Below are positions 44,085 through 53,005 of a stretch of DNA of 64,000 nt, in pieces. The notes beneath the pieces were generated by a model. The model saw only the letters and a program-made list of their open reading frames with translations. It was not told the origin of the DNA and ran no database searches. The stretch comes from a bacterium (GTDB lineage Bacteria; Pseudomonadota; Alphaproteobacteria; Caulobacterales; Caulobacteraceae): assembly GCA_030824495.1 (NCBI GenBank), contig JAVBXP010000042.1:11331-75330 (forward strand), in the 5' to 3' direction. A program made the translations under genes and the position numbers. The number at the start of each line of letters is the position of its first letter. Position 1 is the first letter of the stretch.

Positions 44085-46873
44085 GTTTGGAGGAACTCCG
44101 TCACCGCCTCGATCACCTCGACCAGACCCAGGCGATCGACCCGCACGCCTTCCGGCAGGCTGGAGAACAGCCGCGTCGGGGCGGCGGCATCCAGCATCAC
44201 GAACACGCCCTTGTCGTCGGCGCGGCGGATCAGGCGGCCGAACGCCTGGCTGATCCGGGCGCGGGCGACGCTGTCATCGTAGCCCTTGCCCCCGAACCGG
44301 GTGCGGCGGGCCTTGTGCAGGATATCGGGCCGCGGCCAGGGCACGCGGTCGAAGGCCAAAAGCCGCAGCGAGCGACCGGGCACATCGACCCCGTCACGCA
44401 CCGCGTCGGTGCCAAGCAGGCAGGAATCTTCCTCGGCACGGAAGATATCGACCAAGGCGCCGACCTCCAGCGGATCGACATGCTGGGCGTAGAGCGCCAG
44501 CCCCTTGTCGGCGAGCGGGGCGGCGATGCGTTCATGCACCGCACGCAGCCGGCGAATGGCGGTGAAGAGGCCCAGCCCACCGCCGCCGGCCGCCAGGAAC
44601 AACTCACGCATCGCCGCGGCCACCTGCCGGGGATCGTCGCGCCCGACATCGGTGACCACATAGGCCCGCGCATTGTTCGCGTAGTCGAAGGGCGAGGCGA
44701 GCTTCAGGGTCTTGGGTCGGTCGGGCAGCCGCGCGGCGCCCGTACGCATCTCGGCCAGGGCGAAGGGGTCGTCCAAGGTGGCGTCGGACAGAGTCGCGCT
44801 GGTGACCAGCACCCCATGGGCGGGGGCGATGACGGCGTTGGTCAGCGGCTCGGTCGGATCGACCCAGTGACGGCGGCTGGCGGCGTCCACCACCCGGCCG
44901 TAGAGGAAGGTGGCGTCGAACCAATCGACGAAGTCGGGATCGTCCTCGGCGTCTTCGTCAATCGCGCGCAGCATCGAGCGCCAGGCCGGAAGCTGCATGC
45001 GGCAGCGGCGGTCCAGGCCACGCAGCGCGCCCTCGATCCGCCCCCGGTCGCTGGTGACGATCTGGGCGGCTTCCTCGTCCAGCAGGTCTTCGAGATGGCG
45101 CGCCAGGGCCAGCAGCGGCGCCTCGATCTTGGCCAGGGCGGCCGCCGCTTCGCGAGCGGTTGCGCGAACCCGGTCGAGCGCCGGCCGCGCCGCGCACTCC
45201 ATGCCGACGTCCGACGGGGCGGCGCGCGCGCGAAGCTGCTCGATCACCGCCACCAGGAACAGCTCGATCGGCCCGATCGGATTCACCTCGCCGTTCGGCG
45301 GGGCGATACGCCCAGACCAGCCCTCGCCCGGCAGGGCGGCGGCGGCGTGCAGCGCGTCAGTCAGGGCGGCGCGCGCCTCCTCGCGATCGCCCAGCATGTC
45401 CATCAGCCGCGCCTCGAGCCCCCGGCCCCGGCGGCCACGGCCCTCCGGCCCGCGCATCCAGCGGCGTAGTTCAGCGGTCTCCTGCCCCGACAGCGCGGCG
45501 GAGAAGGCCGCATCGGCGGCGTCGAAGAGATGGTGGCCTTCGTCAAAGACGATGCGCTTGAGTTGGGTGGTTTCGCCGTCGCCCTTGGAACCGCGCGCCG
45601 CGCGGGCGCCATCGAAGGCGGCCTGGGTGAGCACCAGGGCGTGATTGGCGATCACGATGTCGGCCTTGCGCGAACCCCGGATCGCCTTTTCCACGAAGCA
45701 GGTTCGGTAGTGCGAGCAGCCGGCGTGGATGCACTCGCCGCGCCGATCGACCAGGTTCGCCGCGCTGGCCTGGCCGGCCGCCGGGACCGCGAACAGGGTG
45801 GGCAGCCAGGCCGGGAAGTCGCCGCCGGTCATGTCGCCGTCGCGGGTTGCGCGCACCCATCGCGCCGCCAGGCCCATGCCGATCAGGTCCGCCCCGCCAA
45901 GCTGTGCGGTGTTGGCCATGTCCTGGAAGTTCAGCAGGCAGAGGTAGTTCTCGCGCCCCTTGCGGACCACCGCCTTGCGCGCCCGGACCTTGGGGTCGGG
46001 ATAGATCGAATGGCTCTCGCGCTCGATCTGGCGCTGCAGGGCGCGGGTATAGGTCGAGATCCACACTGAGGGGCCATTGGCCTCCGCCCACAGTGAGGCT
46101 GGGGCCAGATAGCCGAGGGTCTTGCCGACCCCGGTGCCCGCCTCGGCCAACATCATGCGCGGCTCGCCCTCACGCTCGCGCGGCTGGAAGGCGTAGGCGG
46201 CTTCGGCGGCGTACTCGGCCTGGGCCGGACGGCTCTCGTCCAGCCCGGAGCGTTGCAGCAACTCGGCCAGCCGTTTGGCGGCGTCCTCGCCGGCGATGGG
46301 GGTGGAGGTGGCTTCGCCCGGCGGCGCCTGATCCTCCCACTCCATGACCCTGGTCCACACGTCCAGGCCCGAGGTCCGGAACTGATTACCGACCGGACCG
46401 GAGCGCAGGGCCGCCACGATGGGCGGGCCCCAGGCCCAACCGACCCGCATAAGGGTCTCGGCGATGGCCAGGGCTTCCTCACGGCTGGGTTCGGGGGTCG
46501 CGGCCACCTCGGCCAGCAGAACACGCGCAGCCTCGCGCAGGGTCTGCGCCTGGGCCGGCGCGCCCTTGGGCTCAGGTAGTCCGAGCGCCAGGGCCAGCCC
46601 CGCCGCCGACGGCGCGCAGAACCGCGCCGGCCGCACGAAAGCGAACAGCTCCATGGCGTCGAACAGCCCAGACGCGCGAGCCGGCGCATAGAGGCCCAGG
46701 CGTTTGGCGGTCATCGAGGCGTGGGCGACCAGGACCGGACCGCGCTCGAACAACTCCCGCGCATCGGGCGCCCGCACCGCCTGGGTTCCGCCGCCATCGG
46801 CGACGGCGGCGCGCGGTCCCGGCAGCACCACGAGCGCCGGGGCGAGATCAAGACTCAGGGTGGGTGCGTTCAC
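44036..46873 (-). CDS. dinG: DinG/YoaA-family ATP-dependent helicase
   Basis: EAGTGVGKT, KGRENYLC, Fe-S cysteines (ECIHAGCSHYRTC), DEGHH, SATL, QAFGRLIR; LexA box upstream. Confidence 0.85.
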   Translation of the reverse strand: MNAPTLSLDLAPALVVLPGPRAAVADGGGTQAVRAPDARELFERGPVLVAHASMTAKRLGLYAPARASGLFDAMELFAFVRPARFCAPSAAGLALALGLPEPKGAPAQAQTLREAARVLLAEVAATPEPSREEALAIAETLMRVGWAWGPPIVAALRSGPVGNQFRTSGLDVWTRVMEWEDQAPPGEATSTPIAGEDAAKRLAELLQRSGLDESRPAQAEYAAEAAYAFQPREREGEPRMMLAEAGTGVGKTLGYLAPASLWAEANGPSVWISTYTRALQRQIERESHSIYPDPKVRARKAVVRKGRENYLCLLNFQDMANTAQLGGADLIGMGLAARWVRATRDGDMTGGDFPAWLPTLFAVPAAGQASAANLVDRRGECIHAGCSHYRTCFVEKAIRGSRKADIVIANHALVLTQAAFDGARAARGSKGDGETTQLKRIVFDEGHHLFDAADAAFSAALSGQETAELRRWMRGPEGRGRRGRGLEARLMDMLGDREEARAALTDALHAAAALPGEGWSGRIAPPNGEVNPIGPIELFLVAVIEQLRARAAPSDVGMECAARPALDRVRATAREAAAALAKIEAPLLALARHLEDLLDEEAAQIVTSDRGRIEGALRGLDRRCRMQLPAWRSMLRAIDEDAEDDPDFVDWFDATFLYGRVVDAASRRHWVDPTEPLTNAVIAPAHGVLVTSATLSDATLDDPFALAEMRTGAARLPDRPKTLKLASPFDYANNARAYVVTDVGRDDPRQVAAAMRELFLAAGGGGLGLFTAIRRLRAVHERIAAPLADKGLALYAQHVDPLEVGALVDIFRAEEDSCLLGTDAVRDGVDVPGRSLRLLAFDRVPWPRPDILHKARRTRFGGKGYDDSVARARISQAFGRLIRRADDKGVFVMLDAAAPTRLFSSLPEGVRVDRLGLVEVIEAVTEFLQTSSSSSRLQDDPGDPS

Positions 46874-46900
46874 CCCTGACGACTACCCGGTTTCGCCCAG

Positions 46901-46915
46901 AAACGGAACGAGAAC
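46901..46915 (-). promoter_or_regulatory. LexA (SOS) box upstream of dinG
   Basis: GTTC-TCGTTCC-GTTT, one mismatch from the alphaproteobacterial GTTC-N7-GTTC consensus. Confidence 0.75.
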
Positions 46916-46949
46916 GATCAGCTCGAGAAGCCCTTTCACTCCTTCAAGC

Positions 46950-46978
46950 TTGACCGAAACATAAAGGGAACATAACGT
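46950..46978 (+). promoter_or_regulatory. Sigma70-type promoter with a LexA box in the spacer
   Basis: TTGACC-17 nt-TAACGT, with AAAC-ATAAAGG-GAAC at 46957-46971. Confidence 0.7.
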
Positions 46979-47005
46979 TCTTTACACGTTTAGAGGGTGG
47001 ATCAC

Positions 47006-47650
47006 ATGGGATACGCGCACGATTGGGTTTCGGTCGCGGGACTGAACAAGGACGAGGTGCTCTCCCGACTTGGTGTCACCGATCACGGCGAGCCGCTAGA
47101 CTATCCGAGGCGCGGCGACCTGGTGTGGGCGCTCACGCCCCAGGGTCGGGTGGTCATCGTCACCGACTACGGCGAGCTGTCGCTTGATCGTATTGCTGAA
47201 CTGTCCAAGGGCGCCTCACTGGTCGCGGCCAGGGCCGAAGGCAACGACTGCACGAGCAGCGTCTGGGGCTATGAAGACGGCCGACAAGTCTGGTCGGTCG
47301 CCACCGAAGACGAGACCGAGCGCCTCTACGACGAGAAGGTCGAGGAGGGCCTCGTCGTACAAGGCGATCCACCGAGCGAATTCGTCGTCATCCGGGACCG
47401 CTATCTCGCGGAGCGCGATGCAGAGGACGAGGATTCCGAGGACTCCCTGATCATGGCCCCCTTGGAACTCGCAGAAGCCCTTGGTGGCTGGCAGCCCGAG
47501 GGCGAGGTCGGCCAGGACCTGCAGTTCTTTGGGGTTGCGCGCAGCTTCACCAGCGCGCCGGCTGTGAGCGAAAAGAAAAAGCCGCCCCTGGCCCTGGGCC
47601 TTCTGATCATGGCTCTCGTCATCGCCGCAGCTCTGACTTGGGTTTTATAG
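47006..47650 (+). CDS. Hypothetical acidic protein with C-terminal TM anchor (paralog 1)
   Basis: GAGGG RBS; clear homology to the next gene; hydrophobic C-terminus preceded by KKK. Confidence 0.8.
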   Translation: MGYAHDWVSVAGLNKDEVLSRLGVTDHGEPLDYPRRGDLVWALTPQGRVVIVTDYGELSLDRIAELSKGASLVAARAEGNDCTSSVWGYEDGRQVWSVATEDETERLYDEKVEEGLVVQGDPPSEFVVIRDRYLAERDAEDEDSEDSLIMAPLELAEALGGWQPEGEVGQDLQFFGVARSFTSAPAVSEKKKPPLALGLLIMALVIAAALTWVL

Positions 47651-47723
47651 CGACCTCAACGACAGCCATGGTCTCGACAGTGAAGCTGCCGCGGCGGCCT
47701 TGCACGCCAAAGGGGGTGGAAAG

Positions 47724-48359
47724 ATGGGTTACGCGCTCGACTGGGTTTCGGTCTCCGGCCTCACCAAGGACGAAGTGCTCTCGCGCCTGGGCCTCATCGA
47801 TACAGGGGAGGCTATCGACTATCTTAGCCGTGGCGGCTTCATGTGGGCGATGACGCCAGATGGCCGCACGGTCGTGGCGACTGAGCAGTACGGTTGGCTC
47901 ACGCCCGAACGGTTGTCGCAGTTGTCGGAGGGCGCCTCCTTGGTGGCGGCGCGCGCAGAAGACAACGACTGTACAAGCGCCGCGTGGGGCTACAGGGGCG
48001 GCCAGCAAGTGTGGTCGGTGACACACGACAACCCGGAGGAATATGGCGTGATCGGCGGTCTCGAGCTGGACGGCGACGTGCCGGCCGAGCTGGCGACCAT
48101 TCGCGCTCGACTCGAGGCCGAGCGAAGTGCGTCGGACGATGAGCGGGTCGACTACATCTTCGATGTTCCGAATGAACTGGTGGCCACTCTCGGCGGCTGG
48201 GCCCCAGAGAGCGCCATCGACGGAGATTTGCAGTTCTTCAAGGTGATCAAGCCTCACTTGCCCGGGGATCGGGCGCCGCTCGGGGGGAAGGGCAAGATCT
48301 GGATCGGACTTCTCATCCTCCTTCTGGCCGTTGGAGCCTATAGAATCTGGACCGGTTGA
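47724..48359 (+). CDS. Hypothetical acidic protein with C-terminal TM anchor (paralog 2)
   Basis: MGYALDWVSVSGLTKDEVLSRLG versus MGYAHDWVSVAGLNKDEVLSRLG; shared GASLVAARAE.NDCTS..WGY. Confidence 0.8.
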   Translation: MGYALDWVSVSGLTKDEVLSRLGLIDTGEAIDYLSRGGFMWAMTPDGRTVVATEQYGWLTPERLSQLSEGASLVAARAEDNDCTSAAWGYRGGQQVWSVTHDNPEEYGVIGGLELDGDVPAELATIRARLEAERSASDDERVDYIFDVPNELVATLGGWAPESAIDGDLQFFKVIKPHLPGDRAPLGGKGKIWIGLLILLLAVGAYRIWTG

Positions 48360-48403
48360 TTGGCCAAGGGCGCCCAACCCAGCCGCAACAAGCACCTTGC
48401 CTG

Positions 48404-48418
48404 AAACGGAACGGGAAC
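48404..48418 (+). promoter_or_regulatory. LexA (SOS) box upstream of the Lhr-type helicase
   Basis: AAAC-GGAACGG-GAAC directly after a TTGCCT -35-like hexamer; nearly identical to the dinG box. Confidence 0.75.
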
Positions 48419-48431
48419 ATCATATGGGGTG

Positions 48432-51032
48432 ATGGCCGACGCCGCGGTCCCGCCGCCCGATCTCTTGCCCGAAAAGTTCGCCGCCTGGTTCGAGAGCCGG
48501 GGCTGGAGCGCGCGCGCGCACCAGTTGGAGATGATCGCCAAGGCTAGAGAGGGCCGCGACGCTCTGCTGATCGCGCCGACCGGCGGCGGCAAGACCTTGG
48601 CCGGCTTCCTGCCGAGCCTGATCGACTTGGCCCAGCAGCCGCCGTCCAACACGCCGCAGGGCATCCACACCCTCTACATCTCGCCGTTGAAGGCGCTGGC
48701 GGTGGACGTCGAGCGCAACCTGATGGCGCCGATCCTTCAGATGGGCCTGCCGATCGTCGCCGAGAGCCGGACCGGCGACACCGGTCAGGCGCGGCGCGCG
48801 CGCCAACGGGTCAAGCCGCCGGACATCCTGCTGACCACGCCCGAGCAACTGGCGCTGTTCTGTGCCTGGGAGGGCGCGCGGCTCTATTTCGAAAATCTCT
48901 CCTGCGTCATCCTCGACGAGATCCACACCCTGCATTCGACCAAGCGCGGCGATCTGCTGGCGCTCGACCTTGCGCGGCTGCAGCAGTTCGCGCCGAACCT
49001 GCGGCGGGTCGGGCTGTCAGCGACGGTGGACGATCCCGACGTGATCCGGCGTTGGCTGGCGTATGGAAAAGTGCCCGATCCAGATCCTCCCCTTCTGGGG
49101 GAGGGGGACCACGAAGTGGTGGATGGGGCCGCCGCCGCACGGGGGGCGAACTCCCCCTCAGTCGGCTTCGCCGACAGCTCCCTCAGCGTGGGAGCATCTA
49201 AGGCCATCTACGAAACCGTCGACCTCGTGCGCGGTCCGGCCGGAGCCCAGCCGATCGTCGACATGCTGCTGTCAGAAGGCCGGGTGCCGTGGGCGGGCCA
49301 CACGGCCAAACACGCCATGCAGGAGGTCTACGACACCATCAAGCAGGCCCGGACCGCTCTGGTGTTCGTCAACACCCGCTTCCAGGCTGAGTTCGCGTTT
49401 CAGGAACTGTGGCGTCTCAACGACGACAACCTTCCCATCGCCCTGCACCACGGCAGCCTGGCCGCCGAGCAGCGTCGCAAGGTCGAGGCGGCGATGGCGC
49501 GCGGCGAACTCAGGGCCGTGGTCTGCACCTCCACGCTCGACCTCGGCATCGACTGGGGCGACGTCGATCTGGTCATCCAACTGGCGTCGCCCAAGGGCGC
49601 ATCGCGGATGGTCCAGCGGATCGGCCGCGCCAACCACCGGCTGGACGAGCCCAGCCGCGCCCTGTTCGTGCCCGCCAACCGCTTCGAGATGCTGGAATGC
49701 CAGGCGGCCCGGGAGGCCATAGCCGAGAACCGTTTCGACGGCGAACCTACTCGGATCGGCGCGCTCGACGTCCTGGCCCAGCACGTGATGGGCTGCGCCT
49801 GCTCCGAGCCGTTCGATCTGCTGGCGCTCTATGACGAGGTGCGTTCGGCCGGCCCCTATCGCGACCTGATCTGGGAGGACTTCGAGCAGGTCGTCGATTT
49901 CGTGTCGACCGGCGGCTACGCGCTCAAGACCTATGACCGCTTCCGCCGGATCGTGGTGGGCCAGGACGGCTTATGGCGTGTGCGCAACGCCGAGACCGCC
50001 CAGCGCCACCGGCTGAACGTGGGCGCCATCGTCTCGCCCGCCGTGCTCACGGTGCGCATCGCCATGGGCAAGGCGCGGCGCGGCGGCCGCAAGATCGGCG
50101 AGGTCGAGGAGGGCATGCTGGAGATGCTCGACCCCGGCGACACCTTCGTGTTCGCAGGCCAGGTCTGGGCGCTGGTCGGCGTCACCGGCACCGAGGTGCT
50201 CGTCAGCCCGGCGACCAATCGCGATCCGAAAATGCCGTCCTGGGGCGGGTCGAAATTCGCGCTTTCGACCTTCCTGGCGGGGCGGGTCCGGGAGCTGATG
50301 TACGACCAGGAGCACTGGAAGGTGCTGCCGGCCGATGTCCGAGAGTGGCTGGAAGTCCAGCGCGACCACTCGCTGATCCCGCCGGCCGACGACCTGCTGC
50401 TGGAAACTTTTCCGCGCGGCAAGCGTCACTTCATGGTGGTCTATCCGTTCGAAGGGCGGCTCGCCCACACCACCTTGGCCATGCTGCTCACGAGGCGGCT
50501 GGAGCGGATGGGGGCCGCGCCGCTGGGTTTTGTCTGCAACGACTATGCGATGGCTATCTGGGCCCTGAAGCCAATGGATGGGCTCGATTTCGACGAACTC
50601 TTCGCTCAGGACATGCTGGGCGATGATCTCGAATCCTGGCTGGCGGAAAGCTTTATGATGAAGCGCGCCTTCAAGGGCTGCGCGATCATCTCCGGCCTCA
50701 TCGAGCGACGCTTCCCCGGGCATGAGAAGACCGGGCGGCAAGTGACCTTTTCAACGGACCTGATCTACGACGTGCTGCGCCGACACCAACCCGACCACCT
50801 GCTGCTGCGCTGCGCACGCGAAGACGCTGCGACCGGCCTGATCGACGTCGCCCGCCTGGGCTTGCTGCTCGAGCGCATCCAGGGGCGCATCCGCCATTCG
50901 CCGCTAGAGCACCTTTCGCCGTTCTCGGTGCCGATCCTGCTGGAGATCGGCAAGGAGCGCTCGCCCGGCCAGGCCGGCGAGATGATCCTGGCCGAGGCGG
51001 AGGAAGATCTGATCGCCGAGGCCCTGTCTTGA
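48432..51032 (+). CDS. Ligase-associated DNA damage response DEXH helicase (Lhr family)
   Basis: APTGGGKT, TTPE, DEIH, GLSAT, HHGSL, STLDLGID, QRIGRA; carries a 39-aa repeat-derived insert. Confidence 0.92.
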   Translation: MADAAVPPPDLLPEKFAAWFESRGWSARAHQLEMIAKAREGRDALLIAPTGGGKTLAGFLPSLIDLAQQPPSNTPQGIHTLYISPLKALAVDVERNLMAPILQMGLPIVAESRTGDTGQARRARQRVKPPDILLTTPEQLALFCAWEGARLYFENLSCVILDEIHTLHSTKRGDLLALDLARLQQFAPNLRRVGLSATVDDPDVIRRWLAYGKVPDPDPPLLGEGDHEVVDGAAAARGANSPSVGFADSSLSVGASKAIYETVDLVRGPAGAQPIVDMLLSEGRVPWAGHTAKHAMQEVYDTIKQARTALVFVNTRFQAEFAFQELWRLNDDNLPIALHHGSLAAEQRRKVEAAMARGELRAVVCTSTLDLGIDWGDVDLVIQLASPKGASRMVQRIGRANHRLDEPSRALFVPANRFEMLECQAAREAIAENRFDGEPTRIGALDVLAQHVMGCACSEPFDLLALYDEVRSAGPYRDLIWEDFEQVVDFVSTGGYALKTYDRFRRIVVGQDGLWRVRNAETAQRHRLNVGAIVSPAVLTVRIAMGKARRGGRKIGEVEEGMLEMLDPGDTFVFAGQVWALVGVTGTEVLVSPATNRDPKMPSWGGSKFALSTFLAGRVRELMYDQEHWKVLPADVREWLEVQRDHSLIPPADDLLLETFPRGKRHFMVVYPFEGRLAHTTLAMLLTRRLERMGAAPLGFVCNDYAMAIWALKPMDGLDFDELFAQDMLGDDLESWLAESFMMKRAFKGCAIISGLIERRFPGHEKTGRQVTFSTDLIYDVLRRHQPDHLLLRCAREDAATGLIDVARLGLLLERIQGRIRHSPLEHLSPFSVPILLEIGKERSPGQAGEMILAEAEEDLIAEALS
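49082..49199. repeat. Palindromic repeat element inserted in frame in the Lhr-type helicase
   Basis: TIR AGATCCTCCC/GGGAGCATCT (9/10); four internal hairpins; 117 bp (49083-49199) = 39 codons with no stop. Confidence 0.85.
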
Positions 51033-51760
51033 GCGCCCTGGCCTCCCCCTCCCCCGCCTACGCCTTCGCGGCCAGCCCCTGCGGAGGCTTGCGCACCCGC
51101 CTGAACGGCGCGGCCGTGACCCTACGCGCCAGCGGCGCGCTGTGGCTGGAGGAACAGCGAACACTAGTGGTCGCCGACCTGCATTTAGAGAAGGGCTCGG
51201 CCTACGCCATGCGCGGCCAGATGCTGCCGCCCTACGACACCCGCGAGACACTGCGGCGGCTGCAGGCCGAGGTGATGGCGACCCTGCCCGACGCCGTGGT
51301 TTTGCTGGGCGACACCTTCCATGACCGCAAATCGGAGGATCGCCTGGCCCGCGACGACGCCCACACGCTGCGATCCCTCGCCGGCGCGACACGGCTGATC
51401 TGGGTGATCGGCAACCATGACGCCGATGGGCCGCGCGCCCTGCCGGGAGATGTCGCCGACGAGCTTTCGGTCGCCGGCCTGACCTTGCGCCACGAGCCTG
51501 TCGAGGGGCTGCAGATCGGCGAGGTCGCCGGACACTTGCACCCCTGCGCCCGCGTCGTCGCCTCGCGCGGCAGCGTCCGGCGGCGGTGCTTCGTGACCGA
51601 TGGTTCGCGGATGGTGGTGCCGGCCTTCGGCGCCTATGCTGGTGGCCTGAACATCAGGGACGCGGCCTTCGACGGCCTGTTCTCCCAGCCGCCGCTATGC
51701 GGAGCGCTGGGCGCCGACCGGGTCCACGCCGTCGGCTGGCGATCGGTGGCGGGCGACTAA
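51029..51760 (+). CDS. pdeM: Ligase-associated DNA damage response metallophosphoesterase/endonuclease
   Basis: ADLHLEKGS, PPYDTRETL, LGDTFH, GNHD, GHLHP, PAFG; coupled to the helicase. Confidence 0.88.
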   Translation: MSALASPSPAYAFAASPCGGLRTRLNGAAVTLRASGALWLEEQRTLVVADLHLEKGSAYAMRGQMLPPYDTRETLRRLQAEVMATLPDAVVLLGDTFHDRKSEDRLARDDAHTLRSLAGATRLIWVIGNHDADGPRALPGDVADELSVAGLTLRHEPVEGLQIGEVAGHLHPCARVVASRGSVRRRCFVTDGSRMVVPAFGAYAGGLNIRDAAFDGLFSQPPLCGALGADRVHAVGWRSVAGD

Positions 51761-51762
51761 CC

Positions 51763-52236
51763 CTACATCCTCAGGGCCTGCTCCAAGGCCAGCGCCAGGG
51801 AGATGCAAGCGCCCAGGGTCAGGGTGGTCATCAACCGCGGATAGCGCGCCGGAACGTCGGGCGCGGCGTGATCGTAGAGCCACTGCAGGATGAAGGCGGC
51901 CATGAAGCCGCAGAGCAGCCAGGCGGTGTCTATTGAGCCGCGCGCGAAGACCAGCGCCCAGGCCGCGGCGGGCGAGACGATCGACATCGCCAACCTTGTC
52001 CAGCGTGGCGTGGCGCGGGCGCTTTCGAGGCCCCAGCGGATACCGCCCAGAAAGCCCAGCACCACCGCCGACCATGTCAGCAACACTGTCAGCGCCGGCC
52101 CGGTCACGTCCACCGGACCAAACACATAGGCCACGGCGGAAACTGGAAACGGCGCCATGCACAGCAGCGCGATGACCCAGAGCGCCGTCGGCGCGGAGGC
52201 TTCGGCATGAACTTCGGTGTTGGTGTGCATGTCCAA
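51763..52236 (-). CDS. DUF3429 family membrane protein
   Basis: Four TMs; FLGGIRWG motif. Confidence 0.75.
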   Translation of the reverse strand: MDMHTNTEVHAEASAPTALWVIALLCMAPFPVSAVAYVFGPVDVTGPALTVLLTWSAVVLGFLGGIRWGLESARATPRWTRLAMSIVSPAAAWALVFARGSIDTAWLLCGFMAAFILQWLYDHAAPDVPARYPRLMTTLTLGACISLALALEQALRM

Positions 52237-52240
52237 GCGG

Positions 52241-53005
52241 TCAGTTCCTCCGGAAGGCGACCGAGGCGGCCCAGCCAGCGGCGAGCGCGATCGCTACCGA
52301 GACCAAGCCGTAGGACCATGGCCTGTTGTGGGCGAAGAGGTAAAGCGCCCGCTCGATCCCGGCCTTTTCCACGGTCAGGCCGCGCATGCGCCGCGACACC
52401 GGCTGGCCGTTCTGGAAGAGGAATATCTCGGCGGTATAGACCCCGATGGGCGCGGCGGTCGGCAGATCGATCTCGGCCTTGAAGAGACCACGGTCGACGA
52501 AGGTCACACCCTGTTCGTCGGCGGCGTAGAGACCGCTCTGCTCCTTCAAGCGCACCACGGCGCGGCGCCAATCCAGATAATCCTGGCCCAGCCGGCTGAC
52601 GACCACGTCGCGCACGCCGTAGCGGGTCTCCGTCCGCTCTTCGAGCGGCGCGTTGATCGCCAGATGATCGACGCCGGCGCCGAGCCGTCGCAGGGTGCCA
52701 AAGCTGGCGATCTCGCCCAGCGGCCGGGTCGAGGCGGCCATGTAGAAGCCGGGCGCACCCTCGAACACCACGGGCCGGGAGTTGACCCAAACGCCGGCCA
52801 CGCGGGTCTTGCGCGCCATGCGTAGCGGCGCGTCCGGCCCCCGCACGATCACCACGACGTCGCTGGGCTGGGCGGTCGGATCGAACACCGCCCCGTAAAG
52901 CACGATGCGCGCACCGCGGAAGCTCGACGTCACCCGCACATTGGTGGTGGTCAGGGCGGCCGAGACTGCGGCGGGCGGCGTTTCCGGCGGGGCGGCGTAG
53001 GGCAT
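52241..53005 (-). CDS. TIGR02186-family membrane protein
   Basis: SSFRGARIVLYGA, K.RVAGVWVN, C-terminal TM; follows a TauE gene as in other alphaproteobacteria. Confidence 0.8.
   Translation of the reverse strand: MPYAAPPETPPAAVSAALTTTNVRVTSSFRGARIVLYGAVFDPTAQPSDVVVIVRGPDAPLRMARKTRVAGVWVNSRPVVFEGAPGFYMAASTRPLGEIASFGTLRRLGAGVDHLAINAPLEERTETRYGVRDVVVSRLGQDYLDWRRAVVRLKEQSGLYAADEQGVTFVDRGLFKAEIDLPTAAPIGVYTAEIFLFQNGQPVSRRMRGLTVEKAGIERALYLFAHNRPWSYGLVSVAIALAAGWAASVAFRRN

Noticed and set aside
46968-46980. GAAC-N5-GTTC inverted repeat as a Gram-positive-type SOS box
   Set aside because: Spacing is wrong (N4 expected) and the direct-repeat alpha-type box already explains the site
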